Source: Heterodontus francisci (Eukaryota). Taken from it: 64,000 nt of DNA. Made by a program: the position numbers and the translations under genes. Positions 36,823 to 50,687 of the stretch are shown piece after piece; the stretch's first letter is position 1, and each line of letters begins with the position of its first letter. The notes beneath the pieces are model-generated. The model did no database searches and was not told the origin of the DNA. It saw only the letters and a program-made list of their open reading frames with translations. The DNA is taken from the NCBI RefSeq assembly GCF_036365525.1, contig NC_090394.1, positions 71,740,893-71,804,892 of the forward strand, given 5' to 3'.

Positions 36823-37639
36823 TGTCATGCTCCCTAAGGGAACAGTGATGACATATGAAATGAACTGGAGGAATTATGGAATAAAAGTCAACTGTTGAAC
36901 TGAACCACAGGAAAATTGAAACATATGTGCCACAGACAAAATGAAGTAGAGGTCTGGTGACCCCTGTCAATAAACACATTTGTTTGCTGAAGACGAAACA
37001 CATTATCTGTGTCTGAATTAGCTTTGGGGAAGAAACAGTGAAATGGAAAACAACCCATTCCACGCGAACAACTCTCATCTGCAGGAATGGAACTAACAAA
37101 GACTTTTGCAGACCGACTGTCTCCGAAGCCAAGGCCAAAATGATAGGTGTGAAGTGTCACCTGTTTATCGAAATGGATCACATTCAGACACCATCAGGTA
37201 ACAATTGTTCCCATATCCTGGAACATTGTATGAATCACCTCAGGGGCAAGAGCCCTTAGTCACCTGACTGACACCCCAACCTGACAAGTTTCTACCATAA
37301 AAGGTATCTCGCTGGAGAGAGAGAAATGAACAGCCAGATGAGGTCTTTTACAGCCAGCAGAGCTGTGGGACAGTTCCAACTAAGCAGAGGCCCTGCTGCC
37401 AACACCTTTTTACTACTGCAGCAGAGAAATTGCAAGGTGACTTTGGAACTCCCCCATCTGTGAAAGTGAGCCAGAATTTCCACCATCAACTTCGTATTGA
37501 AGCTTAACCGCAAGGAGCCTGCAACACTTCATCCTTTCAAAACAAAGAACTTTCAAGCCTGCACCATTGAAAGATTTCCTCCTGAAAAGCTTCTAAAGGT
37601 TTTTTTGAAACAGCAAACTCTTTTACTTGCTCGATCTTT

Positions 37640-37705
<66 letters not shown>

Positions 37706-37900
37706 GGATGAGGTCGCAAACATTTTTCAGTTATTGTGAAAATAAATATTTATCTTTTTAACCTACGAGAAAACCTGTAGTTTGTTTGTTTAATTAACCC
37801 TTAAAACACTCAGAGACTAGAACACTATTTTTAAAAGACTGCGGTCAGTTGAGAGATGCAAAGTGGAAGTCACCCACACCACTCCCATGTGTCCATAACA
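36823..37900 (+). mobile_element. Gypsy-type solo LTR
   Basis: TGTCATG...CCATAACA termini; 3' layout (TG tract, gaaaacctg motif) similar to other LTRs in the window; TSD imperfect. Confidence 0.7.
37642..37701. repeat. (GT)n microsatellite, about 30 units, inside an LTR
   Basis: Direct reading. Confidence 0.98.
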
Positions 37901-38239
37901 ACTCATGGCACCCAAAAAATGGGTGCTGCTGATCCCATATTGTCATCCATATTGTTTTGGACTCATTTATGATTTTGCCACAAACAGTGAATGCAGGAAT
38001 TATTCATGGATGGCATTCCAGTGTCACTGCACACAGAAACTAGAATAGTTTGTACCCCAGTACGTGGAATTGTGGAAGAAAAGATATACTGTCATTTTGT
38101 GCATTAGTTTCATACACCATTGTGTTGTGTGCTGGGTTACCATGATATTACTTTGAGTAACTTCAGCTTTTTTCTTAAAAAACTAGGTTCCGTATGGTAA
38201 CGAAAAGGACTACTACATTTTTAAATAACAAATGTACAT

Positions 38240-38645
38240 ACGAACATACAAATTAGGAGCAGGAGTAGGCCATTCGGCCTCTCCAGCCTGATCTGCCATT
38301 CAATAAGATCACAGCTGATCTGTTCGTGTTTCGAATTTCACACACTCATCTACCCCCGATAACCTTTGATTCCCTTGCCTAACAAGAATCTTATCTACCT
38401 CTGCCTTAAAAATATTCAATGACCCTGTCTCCACCACCTTCTGAGGCAGAGTTCCAAAGTTGCACAACCCTCAGAGAAAAAATTTCTCCTCATCTCTGTC
38501 CTAAAAGGGCAACCCCTAATTTTAAAACCGTTCCCCCTAGTTCTGGACTTGCCCACGAGGAAACATCCTCTCCAGATCCACCTTGTCAAGACCGTTCAGG
38601 ATCTTATAAACTTCAATCGTCTCCCCTCATTCTTCTAAATGTGAA
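38240..38645 (-). mobile_element. CR1 3' end
   Basis: ggagcaggagtaggccattcggcc.. is the reverse complement of the CR1 terminus. Confidence 0.85.
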
Positions 38646-39998
38646 TCCTAAACCAATACAGCTTTGAATGTTATTGAGATTTAAGTTTAGAATCATATTT
38701 TAAAACTTACTGCGTTTGATGGCCTTGACTCATCTAACAACCACTCACAGCTTTGTCATTGTAAGTTCTTTGTGGAAAAGGGACAGGTGGACTTGTATTT
38801 TGCAATATTCTGTATTTATCTTGGAAGTACCTAGGTCACAGTTTTGTGAAGTTTAGAGGAGCAGCTTTAGACCAAACCAGAATATGCTTTCGTTGTGGCA
38901 GCATGTATTGAAGGCCTGATCAAACAAGTATTGCTGTCTGTCTAATTCATGCTGGAAAGCAGATTAGTCTTGTCTAGCTTTGATTCATAGGACTCCTTTG
39001 AGTTTGTTGAGATTCTTCTGTGCCCTGCCTGAAGCAAAACTCAGCAGAATTTAAACTGGGAGGAAGAGTTGTAACATTGATACAATTGACATTTTTATCT
39101 GTTTCGACATACTTTTGCATAATATGTTTTGTAAGGGCATGTGCTTTACTTTGTAAATATAAGTAATTCCATCTGTAACATTTGATTATGCTTTAGTTTC
39201 TTCCGAAAAGTATATGAGGTCAACCCCAAATGAAGGCTTGTGGATGATGCAGTAACTAAGAAAGTCCAGCAGACTATTACTATCACAAATTACAAAGTAT
39301 ATACAGCCATGCACCCCCTACCTTTTGCAGGTTACTAATAGGTATAATGATACATCTTAACAGACTTTTGAGGAGGTGAGCATATGTTTCCTTATAAAAA
39401 CCATTTCTACCATTCTACGCAAGAATGCTGACTGTCACTTGAATGCCTTACAAAATTGCGTAATGAAACAGTTAATCTAATTATTTTTAATTAAAGCTGT
39501 TAATTGCATGGAGGATACTTCTAAGAGGCAAGAATGAAGATTTTTTTTGGGCAGCAGGTTCTTCTAGGAGCCCATAAAATTTGGGTATCTGCACAATAAG
39601 ATTCAACCCAACAGGATCATAGGAAATAGGAGCAGGGTAGGCCATTCGGCCTGTCGAGCGTGCTCCGCCATTCAAATAGATCATGGCTGATCATCTACCT
39701 CTGCACTATTTTTCCCCACTATCCCCATATCCCTTTATGTCATTAGTATCCAGAAATCTGTCGATTTCTGTTTTGGGCATGCTCAGTTATTGAGCTTTCA
39801 GAGCCCTCTGCGGTAGAGAATTCCACAGGTTCACCACCCTCTGAGTAAAGGAATTCCTCCTCATCCCAGTCTTAAATGGCCTGCCCCTTATTCTGAGATG
39901 TGTCCCCTTGTTCTCGACTCACTAGCCAGAGGAAACATCCCATCCACATCTACCCTGTCACCCACTGTAAGAATTTTAAGAATGAGATCACCTCTCGT

Positions 39999-40345
39999 GG
40001 GCGGCACAGTGGCGCAGTGGTTAGCACCGCAGCCTCACAGCTCCAACGACCCGGGTTCGATTCTGGGTACTGCCTGTGTGGAGTTTGCAAGTTCTCCCTG
40101 TGACCGTGTGGGTTTTCGCCGGGTGCTCCAGTTTCCTCCCACAGCCAAAGACTTGCAGGTTGATAGGTAAATTGGCCATTATAAATTGCCCCCAGTATAG
40201 GTAGGTGGTAGGGGAATATAGGGGATGTGGTAGGAATATGGGATTAGTGTAGGATTAGTATAAATGGGTGGTTGATGGTCGGCACAGACTTGGTGGGCCG
40301 AAGGGCCTGTTTCAGTGCTGTATCTCTAAATAAAATAAATAAAAT
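39999..40345 (+). mobile_element. HE1-like V-SINE
   Basis: gggcggcacagtggcgcagtggttagc..gggttcgattc; CR1-type tail and A-rich end. Confidence 0.93.
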
Positions 40346-41989
40346 TAAACTCTAGAGAATACAGCCCAGTTTGTGCAATCTCTCCTCATAAAACAATCCC
40401 ACCATTCCAAGGATTAGTCTGGTGAACCTCCGTTGCACTCCCTCTATGGCAAGTATAACCTTCCCTAGATAAGATTAAAACTGTACACAGTACTCCAGCT
40501 GCGGCCTCAACAAGGCTTTATAAACTTGCAGCAAGACCTCTTTACACCTGTACACAAATCCCCTTACAATGAAGGCCAACATACCATTTGCCTTCCTAAT
40601 TGCTTGCTGCACCTGCATACTAACTTTTAGTGACTCATGAACAAGGACACCCAGGTCCCTTTGGACATCAACACTTCCCAACCTCTCGCCACTTAAGAAA
40701 TACTCTGCCTTTCTGTTTTTTCTGCCTAAGTGAATCACTTCACACTTCTTCACATTATATTCCATCTGCCATGTTCTTTCCCATTCACTTAGCCAGTCTA
40801 AATCCCCTTGAAGCCTCCTTGCATCCTCCTCACAACTACATTCCCACTTAGTTTTGTGTCATCAGCAAATTTGGTAATATTAAAATTGGTCCTGTTATGA
40901 AGATATATTTTTTAATTTTTTTGTGGACTCATATTTAAATTGTGGAGATGGATTCTTGGAAGGCTGAAGATTTCATAAATGCTGGACTTTGCTTTGTTGT
41001 TGACAGTTCACTGAAAGGACACTGAGATGTTATTTGAAAACAACCTGTGGTGGAAATCACGTGCTTTAAGCTCAGTAAACAACAGAATCCTTGGTGACCT
41101 AGGGAAGATGTTTACAGAAAAGCCACATGTCAAGGTTTATGGCGGTCAGGAGGTTGACTTTCTGTTTTGGTGTTTGAATATTGTCTTCAAGTCTGTTAGG
41201 GTGTGAACTATTTTGAAGACAGTTGGAGATCAACTTGCCAAGGAAAAACCACCCAGCTCACCTCTTTCTCTACCTCTTTGAAGAAACTCTGCAAAGATCC
41301 AGTGTGGGAGAGCTAAAATCCTTGGTGCTGCATCTCTCCTAAGAGGCTGGAAAAACCTGCCAGATTAATTCTCAATGCCGCCTGGAAAGAACTGCTTTAG
41401 AAACGATCCCAGTAACCTGTCTCCATATACCCAGATGCCAGACCAAAAGGGACAACTGACTTCTTTCCATATCTTCTCTTTTTTTCTTCAAGAATTAGCA
41501 AGTATTTGGCCAAAGTATTTTTTTTTTTGGTCTTTGTTCTTAACAGATCTCTGCAGAGAGAATTTGTGTTTTATTTCCAGGGTGTGTGTGTAGGGAATAT
41601 CAAAAGGGAACTTACATATTTCAATCTGTGTGTTAAAGCATTTCTTGGTTACTGGATAAGTCTTGTTTGATAAACTGATAATTATGTTGTTTATTAAAGA
41701 AACCTGGTTGGTGTATTTTATTCTGGGATAAAGAGTAGAATATATGTTTGACTGCATCGGTAACTGGCTAAACATTTAAATATATGTTGTGACCTGTGGA
41801 GAAGTGGAACTAGAAAAGACAGTGCACTCCTCCCACTTTGGTCGTAACCTATAATTGGGGGCTCTGTGTGGGATAACCCAAACGCTGACTATGTGCAATT
41901 GTAAGTGGGGTAATAATAATTGAAGAGAGGAACAGGAAAAAAACAGGTTTCTTGTGCATTAAAGTTTACACTACCGTCAGTTGTCTTTG

Positions 41990-43190
41990 TCAGTTGTTAT
42001 GTCCTTTCTGGGGAAGGAGAATGTATCCCTGTATGCTTTGAGAAACTTAACTAAAGTTAGACTAAAGGAATTGGCAGAAAAGTTGTGTTGGAGTTAAAAC
42101 CAGGAGCTAAGAAAGCAGATATAATTGAGGTAATGACACACCATTTGAAATTGGAAGAAGATAAAGGTGAACCAGATGGTAGTGCAGTTGAATTAGCTGG
42201 GATTCTGTTGCAATTGGAAATGGAAAAACTTGAGCAGGAAGAAGAATTGGAAAAACTTTAATCTTGAACAGGAAAGAGAATTGACAATGAAAATACTTGA
42301 ACTTGAAAGAGAGGAAAGGGAAAAAGTATTTCAAAGAGAAAGAGAAGAAAGGAAATTTGAAGTTAAAAAGCTGGAACTAAGGCAAAAGAATGGCCTGGGC
42401 GCCAAGGAAAATTTCTGGTGAGGAAAGATCTGACTCCAGTCCAGGACCCATTGGAGAGCTGTTTAAATTTGTACAAGCCCTCCTGAAGTTTGAGGAAAGG
42501 GACATAGAGGCATTTTTCATTTCTTTTGAAGAGATAGCCAGACAGTTGAAGTGGCCGAAGGAAAGTTAGACACTGCTTATGCAAATCAGGTTGATGGGCA
42601 GAGCTCATAAAGTTTATACCAGGCTTTCTGAGGAGGCTTCTGCGGATTATGAGATGGCAAAAAATGTCTATTCTCGCTGCTTATGAGTCGGTCCCTAAAG
42701 CATACAGGCAGAAATTTCGGAACCTCCGGAGACAGTCTGCGCAAATTTATATAGAATTTGAGAGGGTAAAGCAAATTAATTTCGATTGTTGGATGCGGGC
42801 ACTAAAGGTAGAGGCAACGTATGAGAACCTTAGGGAGCTAATTCTCCTGGAAGAATTTAAAAATTCACTCCCTCCGTTGGGAAGAACCCATGTAGAGAAC
42901 CAGAAGGGTTCAGCAGCCAAACAGGCAGAAGAAATCGCTGATGATTATGAGCTTGTTTACAAGCCGAAACCCTTTGTCTGTCACCCCCACAACCCTGAGA
43001 AGGATAGAAGATGGGCGGGTGAAAGGAAGGCAAGTAGTCGGGGACAAGACAATACAGGATAGCTGGGAACGCCCCGTGAGCTCCTCAGGCCAGAAAGGAA
43101 GATGCTGAAGGTGGAAGTGAGGTCCGCAAGCCGAAGTGTTACCATTGTCACAAGGTGGGACACCTTCATGCAGAATGCTGGAAGTTGAAG
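41990..43190 (+). pseudogene. Gag with SCAN-like capsid domain and CCHC zinc knuckle
   Basis: AYESVPKAYRQKFRNL..LRELILLEEFKNSLPP..AEEIADDY (ORF 42649-43062); KCYHCHKVGHLHAECW at ~43133-43181. Confidence 0.88.
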
Positions 43191-43389
43191 GGCAAATCCA
43201 TGGGACTTATTGGGGTACACAAGGCCAATGCAGAGAAAGGGACCCTGACCGAGAGTGCAACAGATCAGGCTGTAGCTCTGATTGCAGCTGTAAGACCAAG
43301 TACAAAACCAGCTGTGAGTGTGGGGGATGTGAACAAGATAACTGAGTGTCAAAAAGAAAAGTAACTCCATATCCCTCAAGTGAGGCAGG

Positions 43390-46300
43390 TAAACCTATAG
43401 TTATACTCAGGGATACTGGAGCAACCCTAACTCTCTTGCTGGGGTAAGGCATGACTTTTCCACCAGAGGGCGCATTGAATGTCAAGTTTTTAGCGAATAG
43501 TGTAGGCGGGGAGTATATACCCGTACCTTTGTATTGGTTACAGCTTGAGTGTGACCTAATGTCTGGAACGGTAACTGTAGGAGTTGTCCATATTTTGCCT
43601 GTAGGTGGAGTTGACCCACTCCTGGGGAATGATTTGGCCAGAATAAAGGTAGTAGCTTTTCCAGTAGTCACGGAAAAACCAATTGAAGTCAAAAAGACAG
43701 AACAGTTAGTTGCAGGAAAAGATTCCAGGAATTTTTCCTTCATGTGTGTTGACCTGAGCAATGGCCAAACAAGTTCCATTGTCGGAGGTAAAGTTGGCAC
43801 CGCAGACAGATAGCTGAATATCTAAAGCTTTCTTTGGGGATTTGGATAATCCAAAGGAAGTGTTTAATAAGTCTTCTCTGATCACAGCTCAGCAAGTGGA
43901 TCCAGAGGTAAATAAAGTGGCACAATCGGCTGTAACAGAAGCTGAGGGAAAGGGAGTTCCAGAAGGCTAATATATTAAAAATGGGATTCTGATGAAGTGG
44001 AGACCTCCTCACAGACCTCCAGACGAAGAATGGACGGTTGTTCATCAGATAGTGGTACCGCCCAGGTATCGCCGGGAAATATTAAGGATAGCCCATGAAA
44101 TTCCTATAGTGGAACATGTGGGGATCCAGAAGACCCAATCATGTTTAGTAGACATTTTTACTAGCCAGGTCTTTCAAAGGATGTGGTGCAGTTTTGTAAA
44201 ACGTGCCGTACGTGCCAGATTGTGGGAAAACCGCAACCTGCTGTTAAACTGGCACGTCTAATTCCCATACCAGTTTTTAGGTAACCATTTAGGGTGTTGG
44301 TAGACTGTGTAGGACCTTTACCGAAAACAAAAGCGGGACACCAATCTATACTCTCTATCATGGATATGGCTACTCGGTTCCCAGAGGCCATTCCCTTGAG
44401 AACAATTTCTGCTAAGGTAGTGGTAGGGAAGTTAACCCAGTTCTTCACTAGATGTGGATTACCGATTAAGATTCATTCGGATCAAGGTTCCAATTTTATG
44501 TCTAAAATTCTCCCGGAAGTTATGAATAATTTGAGTGTAACACAGTTAAAATCTTCAGCATACCACCCAGAGACACAAAGGGCTATATAGAAAGGTACTA
44601 TCAGACCCTCAAAATGATGATCAGGGCATATTGTTATGAATATCTCCATGATTGGGATAAAGGGCTAGAATTTCTTTTGTTTGCCATTCGGGATTCACCT
44701 AATGAGTCTACCAGTTTTAGTCCTTTTGAATTAGTTTATGGACATGAGATAAGAGGTCCTCTAAAACTAGTCAAAGAAAGGTTTTTAGAACAGAGGGACA
44801 AATATTCTTTGCTAGATTATCTATCTGTGTTCCGGGAGTGACTGACGAGAGCCTGCTAAGTGGCTCAGGAACACTGAAAGCCTCCCAAACAACCATGAAG
44901 AAATGGGCAGAAAAGCATGCCAAGACCCGAGCATTTCAATCAGGGGATGAGGTGTTCGTTTTACTGCCTTTACTGGGTGAATCGCTGAAAGCATGGATCA
45001 GTGGTCCATATAAAGTCAAAAGAATTGGTAAAGTAAATTATTTGATTGACATCCCAGATCACCGGAAAAAGAATCGGCTGTGTCATATCAATATGTTGAA
45101 ACAATATCATCCCCAGGAGGAGGATAAGCAAGGGCTGGTATGTCGGGTAGTAGGGACAGTGAAGGATGAAAGGATAGTGAGGATGAGGCAGAAGGAGACC
45201 TAGACAATTCTCAAATTGAACCTCCTACTATCCACTTTGCTAATACCGAATTGTTAGGGAGATTGGACACTATGCTTTCATATTTAGATGCAGAACAACG
45301 AGAAGACCTAACTAGGCTGCTCACAGCATTTAAAGGAGTCTATAGAGACAAACCATGATGTACAATCTTAGCCACACATGATGTGGATGTTTTTTATTTT
45401 TTTTTATTTGAGATACAGCACTGAAACAGCTCACCGAGTCTGTGCCGACCATCAACCACCCATTTATACTAATCCTACATTAATCCCATTACCCTCTCAC
45501 ATCCCCACCTTCCCCCTACCTATACTAGGGGCAATTTACCTATCAACCTGCAAGTCTTTGGCTGTGGGAGGAAACTGGAGCACCCGGCGAAAACCTAAGC
45601 GGTCACAGGGAGAACTTGCAAACTTCGCACAGGCAGTGCCCAGAATTGAACCCGGGTCGCTGGAGCTGTGAGGCTGCGGTGCTGACCACTGCGCCACTGT
45701 GGGGAATCCTTTCCTATAAAACAGCATCCTTATCGCTTAAGTCCAGAGAAACAGGCCCAGGTAAAAGCAGTAAGCTGACGGTTCAACTAGATTCCGCATA
45801 GACTACAGAAAGGTTAATGCAGTAACAAAGGCAGACTCCTACCCAATTCCTCGCTTGGAAGACTGTTGACAGAATGGGCAGTGTCACGTTTCTTACAAAA
45901 ATAGATTTGTTAAAGGGATACTGGCAGGTTCCTTTAACGTCCCGAGGTAAAGAAATATCGGCCTTTGTCACACCAGACAGCCTTTTCCAATGCTGAGTGA
46001 TGCCATTTGGGCTAAAAAGTGCCCCATCCACTTTTCAGAGACTAATGAACCAAGTGGTAGCCAGTGTGCCTAACTTTGTGGTTTATTTTGATGATGTGCT
46101 GGTATATAGTGACACTTGGAAAGATCACTTGGAACACCTAGAAGCTCTGTTTAGAAAATTACAATTGGCTGATTTAGTGATAAACCTTGCCAAAAGTGAA
46201 TTTGCAAAAGCGAGAGCAACCTACCTCGGGCATATAGTAGGGCAAGGACAAGTGTTGCCAAGAACAGCAAAATTACAAGCAATGGTGCTGTTCCCTACCC

Positions 46301-46884
46301 CTCGGACTAAGCAAGAAATCTTGAGGTTTTTGGGGATGTGTGGTTCTATTGCAAGTTAGTACCAAATTTTGGTACTATATCTGCTCCACTGACAGATATG
46401 CTACAAAAAAAGAAAACCAAGATAGTATGGTCAGGGGAGTGACTAGCATCTTTTGAGAGGTTGAGAGGCTGAAAGCCATTTTGAGTAATGAGATAGTGTT
46501 GGCTGCTCCAAATTTCACTAAGCCCTTCAAGGTAGTAATTAATGCTAGCGACCTGGGGGCCAGTGCAGTCCTGTTACAGGACGATGAATCAGGCATAGGA
46601 AGTCCTTGTTTGGAATACTTTTCCAAAAAAACTAAATCAACGCTAACAAAGATATTCAACAGTGGAAAAAGAAACCCTAGGCTGAATTACTAGCTCTTAA
46701 ACATTTGAAGTTTATGTCTGCCATGACTGCAGAGAAACACTGGTATGTACTGATCATAACCCCCTAACCTTTGTGGAAAAATTAAAAAAACCAGAATGCC
46801 AGACTATTGCAACCTTATCACTTAAAGATTGTCCACATTGCGGGAAAAAATAATGCAATTGCAGATGCTTTGTCTAGAATCTAA
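43390..46884 (+). pseudogene. Pol in protease-integrase-RT-RNase H order
   Basis: ILRDTGA (~43402); integrase LVDCVGPLP..IHSDQGSNF..SAYHPETQ (44294-44590) and GPY (~45003); RT MPFGLKSAPSTFQR..YFDDVLVYS (45997-46359); RNase H NASDLGASAVLLQ, TDHNPL, NAIADALSR. Confidence 0.95.
45390..45700 (-). mobile_element. HE1-like V-SINE inserted in Gypsy pol
   Basis: Reverse complement of the 39999-40345 family, with a T-rich tail at 45390. Confidence 0.92.
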
Positions 46885-48502
46885 CTTTGCCGTGAGTTAT
46901 TTCAGTGCAAAGATGGTACAACGCTGAACTGTATTAGGTACAGCTAACGAATGAATGAGAATGAGTGTGTAAATGTGTTCTAATTTTTTTTCTTTTTTTT
47001 CTCTTTTTGTAATGAAACACATTTTACAAAGGCATTTCATTGCTCCAAAGATGGAGGTGTTATGACAATGCTTCCATACTTTTTGTTAAATTTTTTGGAG
47101 GACTCTTATTTAAATTGTGGAGATGGATTCATTGGAAGTCTGAAGATTTCATAAATGTTGGACTTTGCTTTGCTTTGTTGTTGACAGTTCACTGAAAGGA
47201 CACTGAGATGTTGTTTGAAAACAACCTGTGCTGGAAATCATGTGCTTTAAGCTCAGTAAACAACAGAATCCTTAGTGACCTAGGGAAGATGTTTACGGAG
47301 AAGCCACATGTCAAGCTTTATGGAGGTCTGGAGGTTGACTTTCTGTTTTGGGGTTTGAGTATTGTTTTCAAGTCAATTTTTGAAGACAGTTGGAGATCAA
47401 CTTGCCAAGGAAAAACCACCCAGCTCACCTCTTTCTCTACCTCTTTGAAGAGAACCTGCAAAGATCTAATGTGGGAGAGCTAAAATCCCTAGTGCTGCAT
47501 CTCTCCCGAGAAGCTGGAAAAACCTGCCAGACTAATTCTCAATGCTGCCTGAAAAGAACTGCTTTAGAAACGATCCCAGTGATCCAACTCCGTATACCCG
47601 GATGCCAGAGCAAAAGGGACAACTGACTTCCATATCTTCTCTTTCTTATCTTCAAGAATTAGCAAGTATTTGGCCAAAGTATTTTTTTTTGTCTTTTTTC
47701 ATAACAGATCTCTGCAGAGAGAATTTCTGTGTTTTTTTTCCAGAGACTGTGTGAGTGTATGTGTGAGGAATTTAAAAAGGGAACTTTCATATTTCAAACT
47801 GTGTTATTGCTTTGCTTCATTACTGGATAAGTCTTATTTGATCTGATAATTTTGTTGTTCATTAAAGAAACCTGGTTGGTGTATTTTATTCTGGGATAAA
47901 GAGTAGAAAATAGATTGACCGTATCGGTAACTGGGTAAACATGTAAACATATGTTGTGACCTGTGGAGAAGTGGAACTAGAAAAGGCAGTGCACTCCTCT
48001 CACCTCGGTCATAACAGTCCCCACATCCAAATCATTTATATAGATTGTGAGCAGCTGTGGTCCAAGCACTGATCCTTGCAGTACCCCACTAGTAACAGCC
48101 TGCCATCCTGAGAATGACTCATTTATTCCTACTGTCTGCTTTCTGTCAGTTATCCAATTCTCGATCTATAGCGGTATATCACCCCCAATCCTATGTGCTC
48201 TAAATTTGTTTACTAACCATCTGTATGGGTCCTTATCAAAAGCCTTCTGAAAATCCAAATACACCACATCCACTGGTTCTCCTTTATCTATGTTACAAGT
48301 AGCATCCTCAAAAAACTCCAACAGGTTTGTCAAACATGATTTCCCTTTCATAAATCCATGTTGACTCTGCCCAATCATATAATTATTTTCCAAGTGTCTA
48401 GTTAACTCATCCTTTATAATAGATTCTAACATTTTCCCTACTACTGACGTCAAACTAACAGGTCTATCGTTCTCCGTTTTCTCTCTCGCTCCCTTCTTAA
48501 AT

Positions 48503-48574
48503 TCTTTTGGGCCTCCTTATCTCGAGAGACAATGGATACGCGCCTGGAGGTGGTCAGTGGTTTGTGAAGCAGAA
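48503..48574 (-). mobile_element. Very short RTE 3' tail insertion
   Basis: Matches 63146-63210; flanked by TAAAT direct repeats; interrupts CR1. Confidence 0.75.
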
Positions 48575-50687
48575 TAAATAGTGAGGCTACATTTGCTACT
48601 TTCCAATCTTCAGGGACCCTTTCAGAATCTATAGAATTTTGAAGGATAACCACCAATGCATCCACTATCTCTGGAGACAGCTCCTTCAATTCCCTGGGAT
48701 GTAGTTCGTCTGGTCCAGGGGATTTATCAACTTTCAATCCAATATAGTGGTATGCTTTCTTTCTTGTAGAGCACTAGTAAATACATATGCATTTTCCTTC
48801 CTTTCTATAATGCTAGGGAACAGTCACCCATTGTCATAGGAGACGAGCAAGTGGGACCAAGTAGTTGGAGTGCCAGAGGCGCTGGTAATTAACATTAATG
48901 TTTTCTGTCAACAGGTGCCCTGTTAATCCTTACTGCTCCATTGAAAATACCTCCAGTTTTTCTTATCTCTCTTCATAACTAAAATCTTTCAGCTCAGGTA
49001 TCATAATAAATCTTCAGCATTCTCTGCCAGTGTTTATGTCAGCTTTTGATTTGTTAGTGCTTGTTTTTCTGACAATGCCACACCTCCAACATTGGTAATT
49101 GTTTTTGTTGTGGTGATAAGGGTGTTAATTGTGCTCTGATGCTGATTAGTCTCTGCTTGTGGTGGAGCTTGTGCTGGTGGATTCTCTGTGTGATTGAGGC
49201 AGATACCGTACAAATTTTTTTGGTGCTGCATAATTTGTAGAGAAAGTTGTCAGACATGCACCTAAGTTTTGCAGTTGTCCCATTTTAATAAATGATTTAC
49301 CACCAGTATCAAAATGACACCAAGCAGAAAATCTAGACTTTTATGATTCAGTTGGTAATGTAGGACCCCCAAAGAGACCATGCACTTAACTGAAAGTAAT
49401 CTAATGGCTCAGTCAGTGAATGCCTGTATTACAAGAGTGGGGATTGGCATCTTTATTTGCTGAATGCCAATCTGAGTCTGCTGTTCCTTTCACTGAGTTC
49501 TAGTCAGTGCGCAGCAATTTTGAACTGGGTTAGGGAATGAAAAACTGCTACAGATTAGCTTTAAGGAGTGAATAGGATGCTGGTTCTTGTACTTGCTCAC
49601 CCAGCCTGAACTGATGTCAACTGAGCATGTGCTGGGCCCTAATACCCGCCCTGTTGTGGTGACTGCCTTTGGGGATGTGCACAAGTCTAAATTCCTCTTA
49701 ATTGTAGACTTCAAAAAAATGTGACATTAAGTTGAAAATCAAAATTGATTTTGACAAATTGTGGGAGGCCTTTCAAACAGCAATATTTTCTAGACAGTGA
49801 TGCATTTCATAAACCACTTGAGTTAATTATCTTAATATGTCCAGGGCAAGGTGAAAAATTCAACTGCTTAGGCTCTATTACTTACTTAAACTATACAGAT
49901 GAGAAACACCAAATGAGATAGTTTGCAAGATTGCATGTTATCCATCGTTTTCCTCCTTTTGAAATCCTGGCGCTCTAGTGGGTTGTGTCAGTGAAACTGC
50001 TGTGGGCAATTCACTGAGATACTGTTGATAACATTCTTTGAACCTTTCACCAAAGATGAGATAATTTGTGGAGATAACATTTCTATGCTAATAAGAGCCT
50101 CTAGATCACTGGTTATTGAAATAAAATTATTTTTGAGTTGTTTTGAGTGTACTGATGTCTAAACCCCACTTATATTAACCTTCTGAATTAGGATTGCGTG
50201 AACAGTTTCGCCAGACTTCAGAATTCAAGATTTCGAAAGTACGTGTAACTAATGTTAACTAAATTCAGATCAAAGCTGATCTTCTTAGTCATTAATTTAT
50301 GCCCCACAGTCAGTGGAACATGCCATCATTCAGTAGGAGAAAATATCCTTGAGCAATGTCCTTTTGAAAGCTTTATGGCATTATTCGGTGGGGGATTAAG
50401 CTTTCTCATAAACTACGAAAAGTCTAGTCTAAAGTTGGCTGCATATAGTGACATCAATATTCCTGGCCAGAATGGACATGATTGGGTCATTCCATGTCAA
50501 TCATATCAGAAGACTGCACTGTTGTAAGTGACTGGGATTGATTTTACACACGTAATTTGCTTGTAACTATCCTCCTCCACTCACTGCAGTTTGCTTTAAA
50601 AAAAAGTCAATTTGTAATATGTAACTATCTTCTAGTCACTGCACATTTCTGAAAAAATCACCATGGAGAGGTTGCTCTTAGAGTAGA

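Larger units (their letters stand above)
29377..37982. mobile_element. Two-gene PIF/Harbinger transposon (Myb-like gene +, transposase -, convergent) with nested Penelope element and LTRs
   Basis: Degenerate TIRs (gtggttaaatt / reverse complement gtggcaaaatc); Myb/SANT-like exons ~29690-31553; transposase ~31700-32244 and 35594-36400. Confidence 0.8.
40893..48016 (+). mobile_element. Full-length decayed Gmr1-like Ty3/Gypsy LTR retrotransposon
   Basis: LTRs 40893-41849 and 47058-48016; exact TSD GTCC (40889-40892, 48017-48020); PBS-Pro-like tgggggctctgtgtgggat at 41856; PPT aaagatggagg ending 47057. Confidence 0.97.
39617..48740 (-). mobile_element. CR1 LINE hosting a SINE, a full Gypsy element and an RTE tail
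   Basis: 3' end at 39617; ORF 40475-40765 EYNVKKCEVIHLG..RPQLEYCVQF; ORF 48166-48453 QSQHGFMKGKSCLTNLLEFFE..VYLDFQKAFDK; ORF 48450-48737 KSPGPDELHPR. Confidence 0.92.

Noticed and set aside
37497-37719. ORFs with CV and TH dipeptide runs
   Set aside because: Translations of the (GT)n microsatellite
41856-46884. Endogenous gammaretrovirus, suggested by the tRNA-Pro PBS
   Set aside because: No env, integrase precedes RT, and RT/RNase H motifs are Gypsy-type
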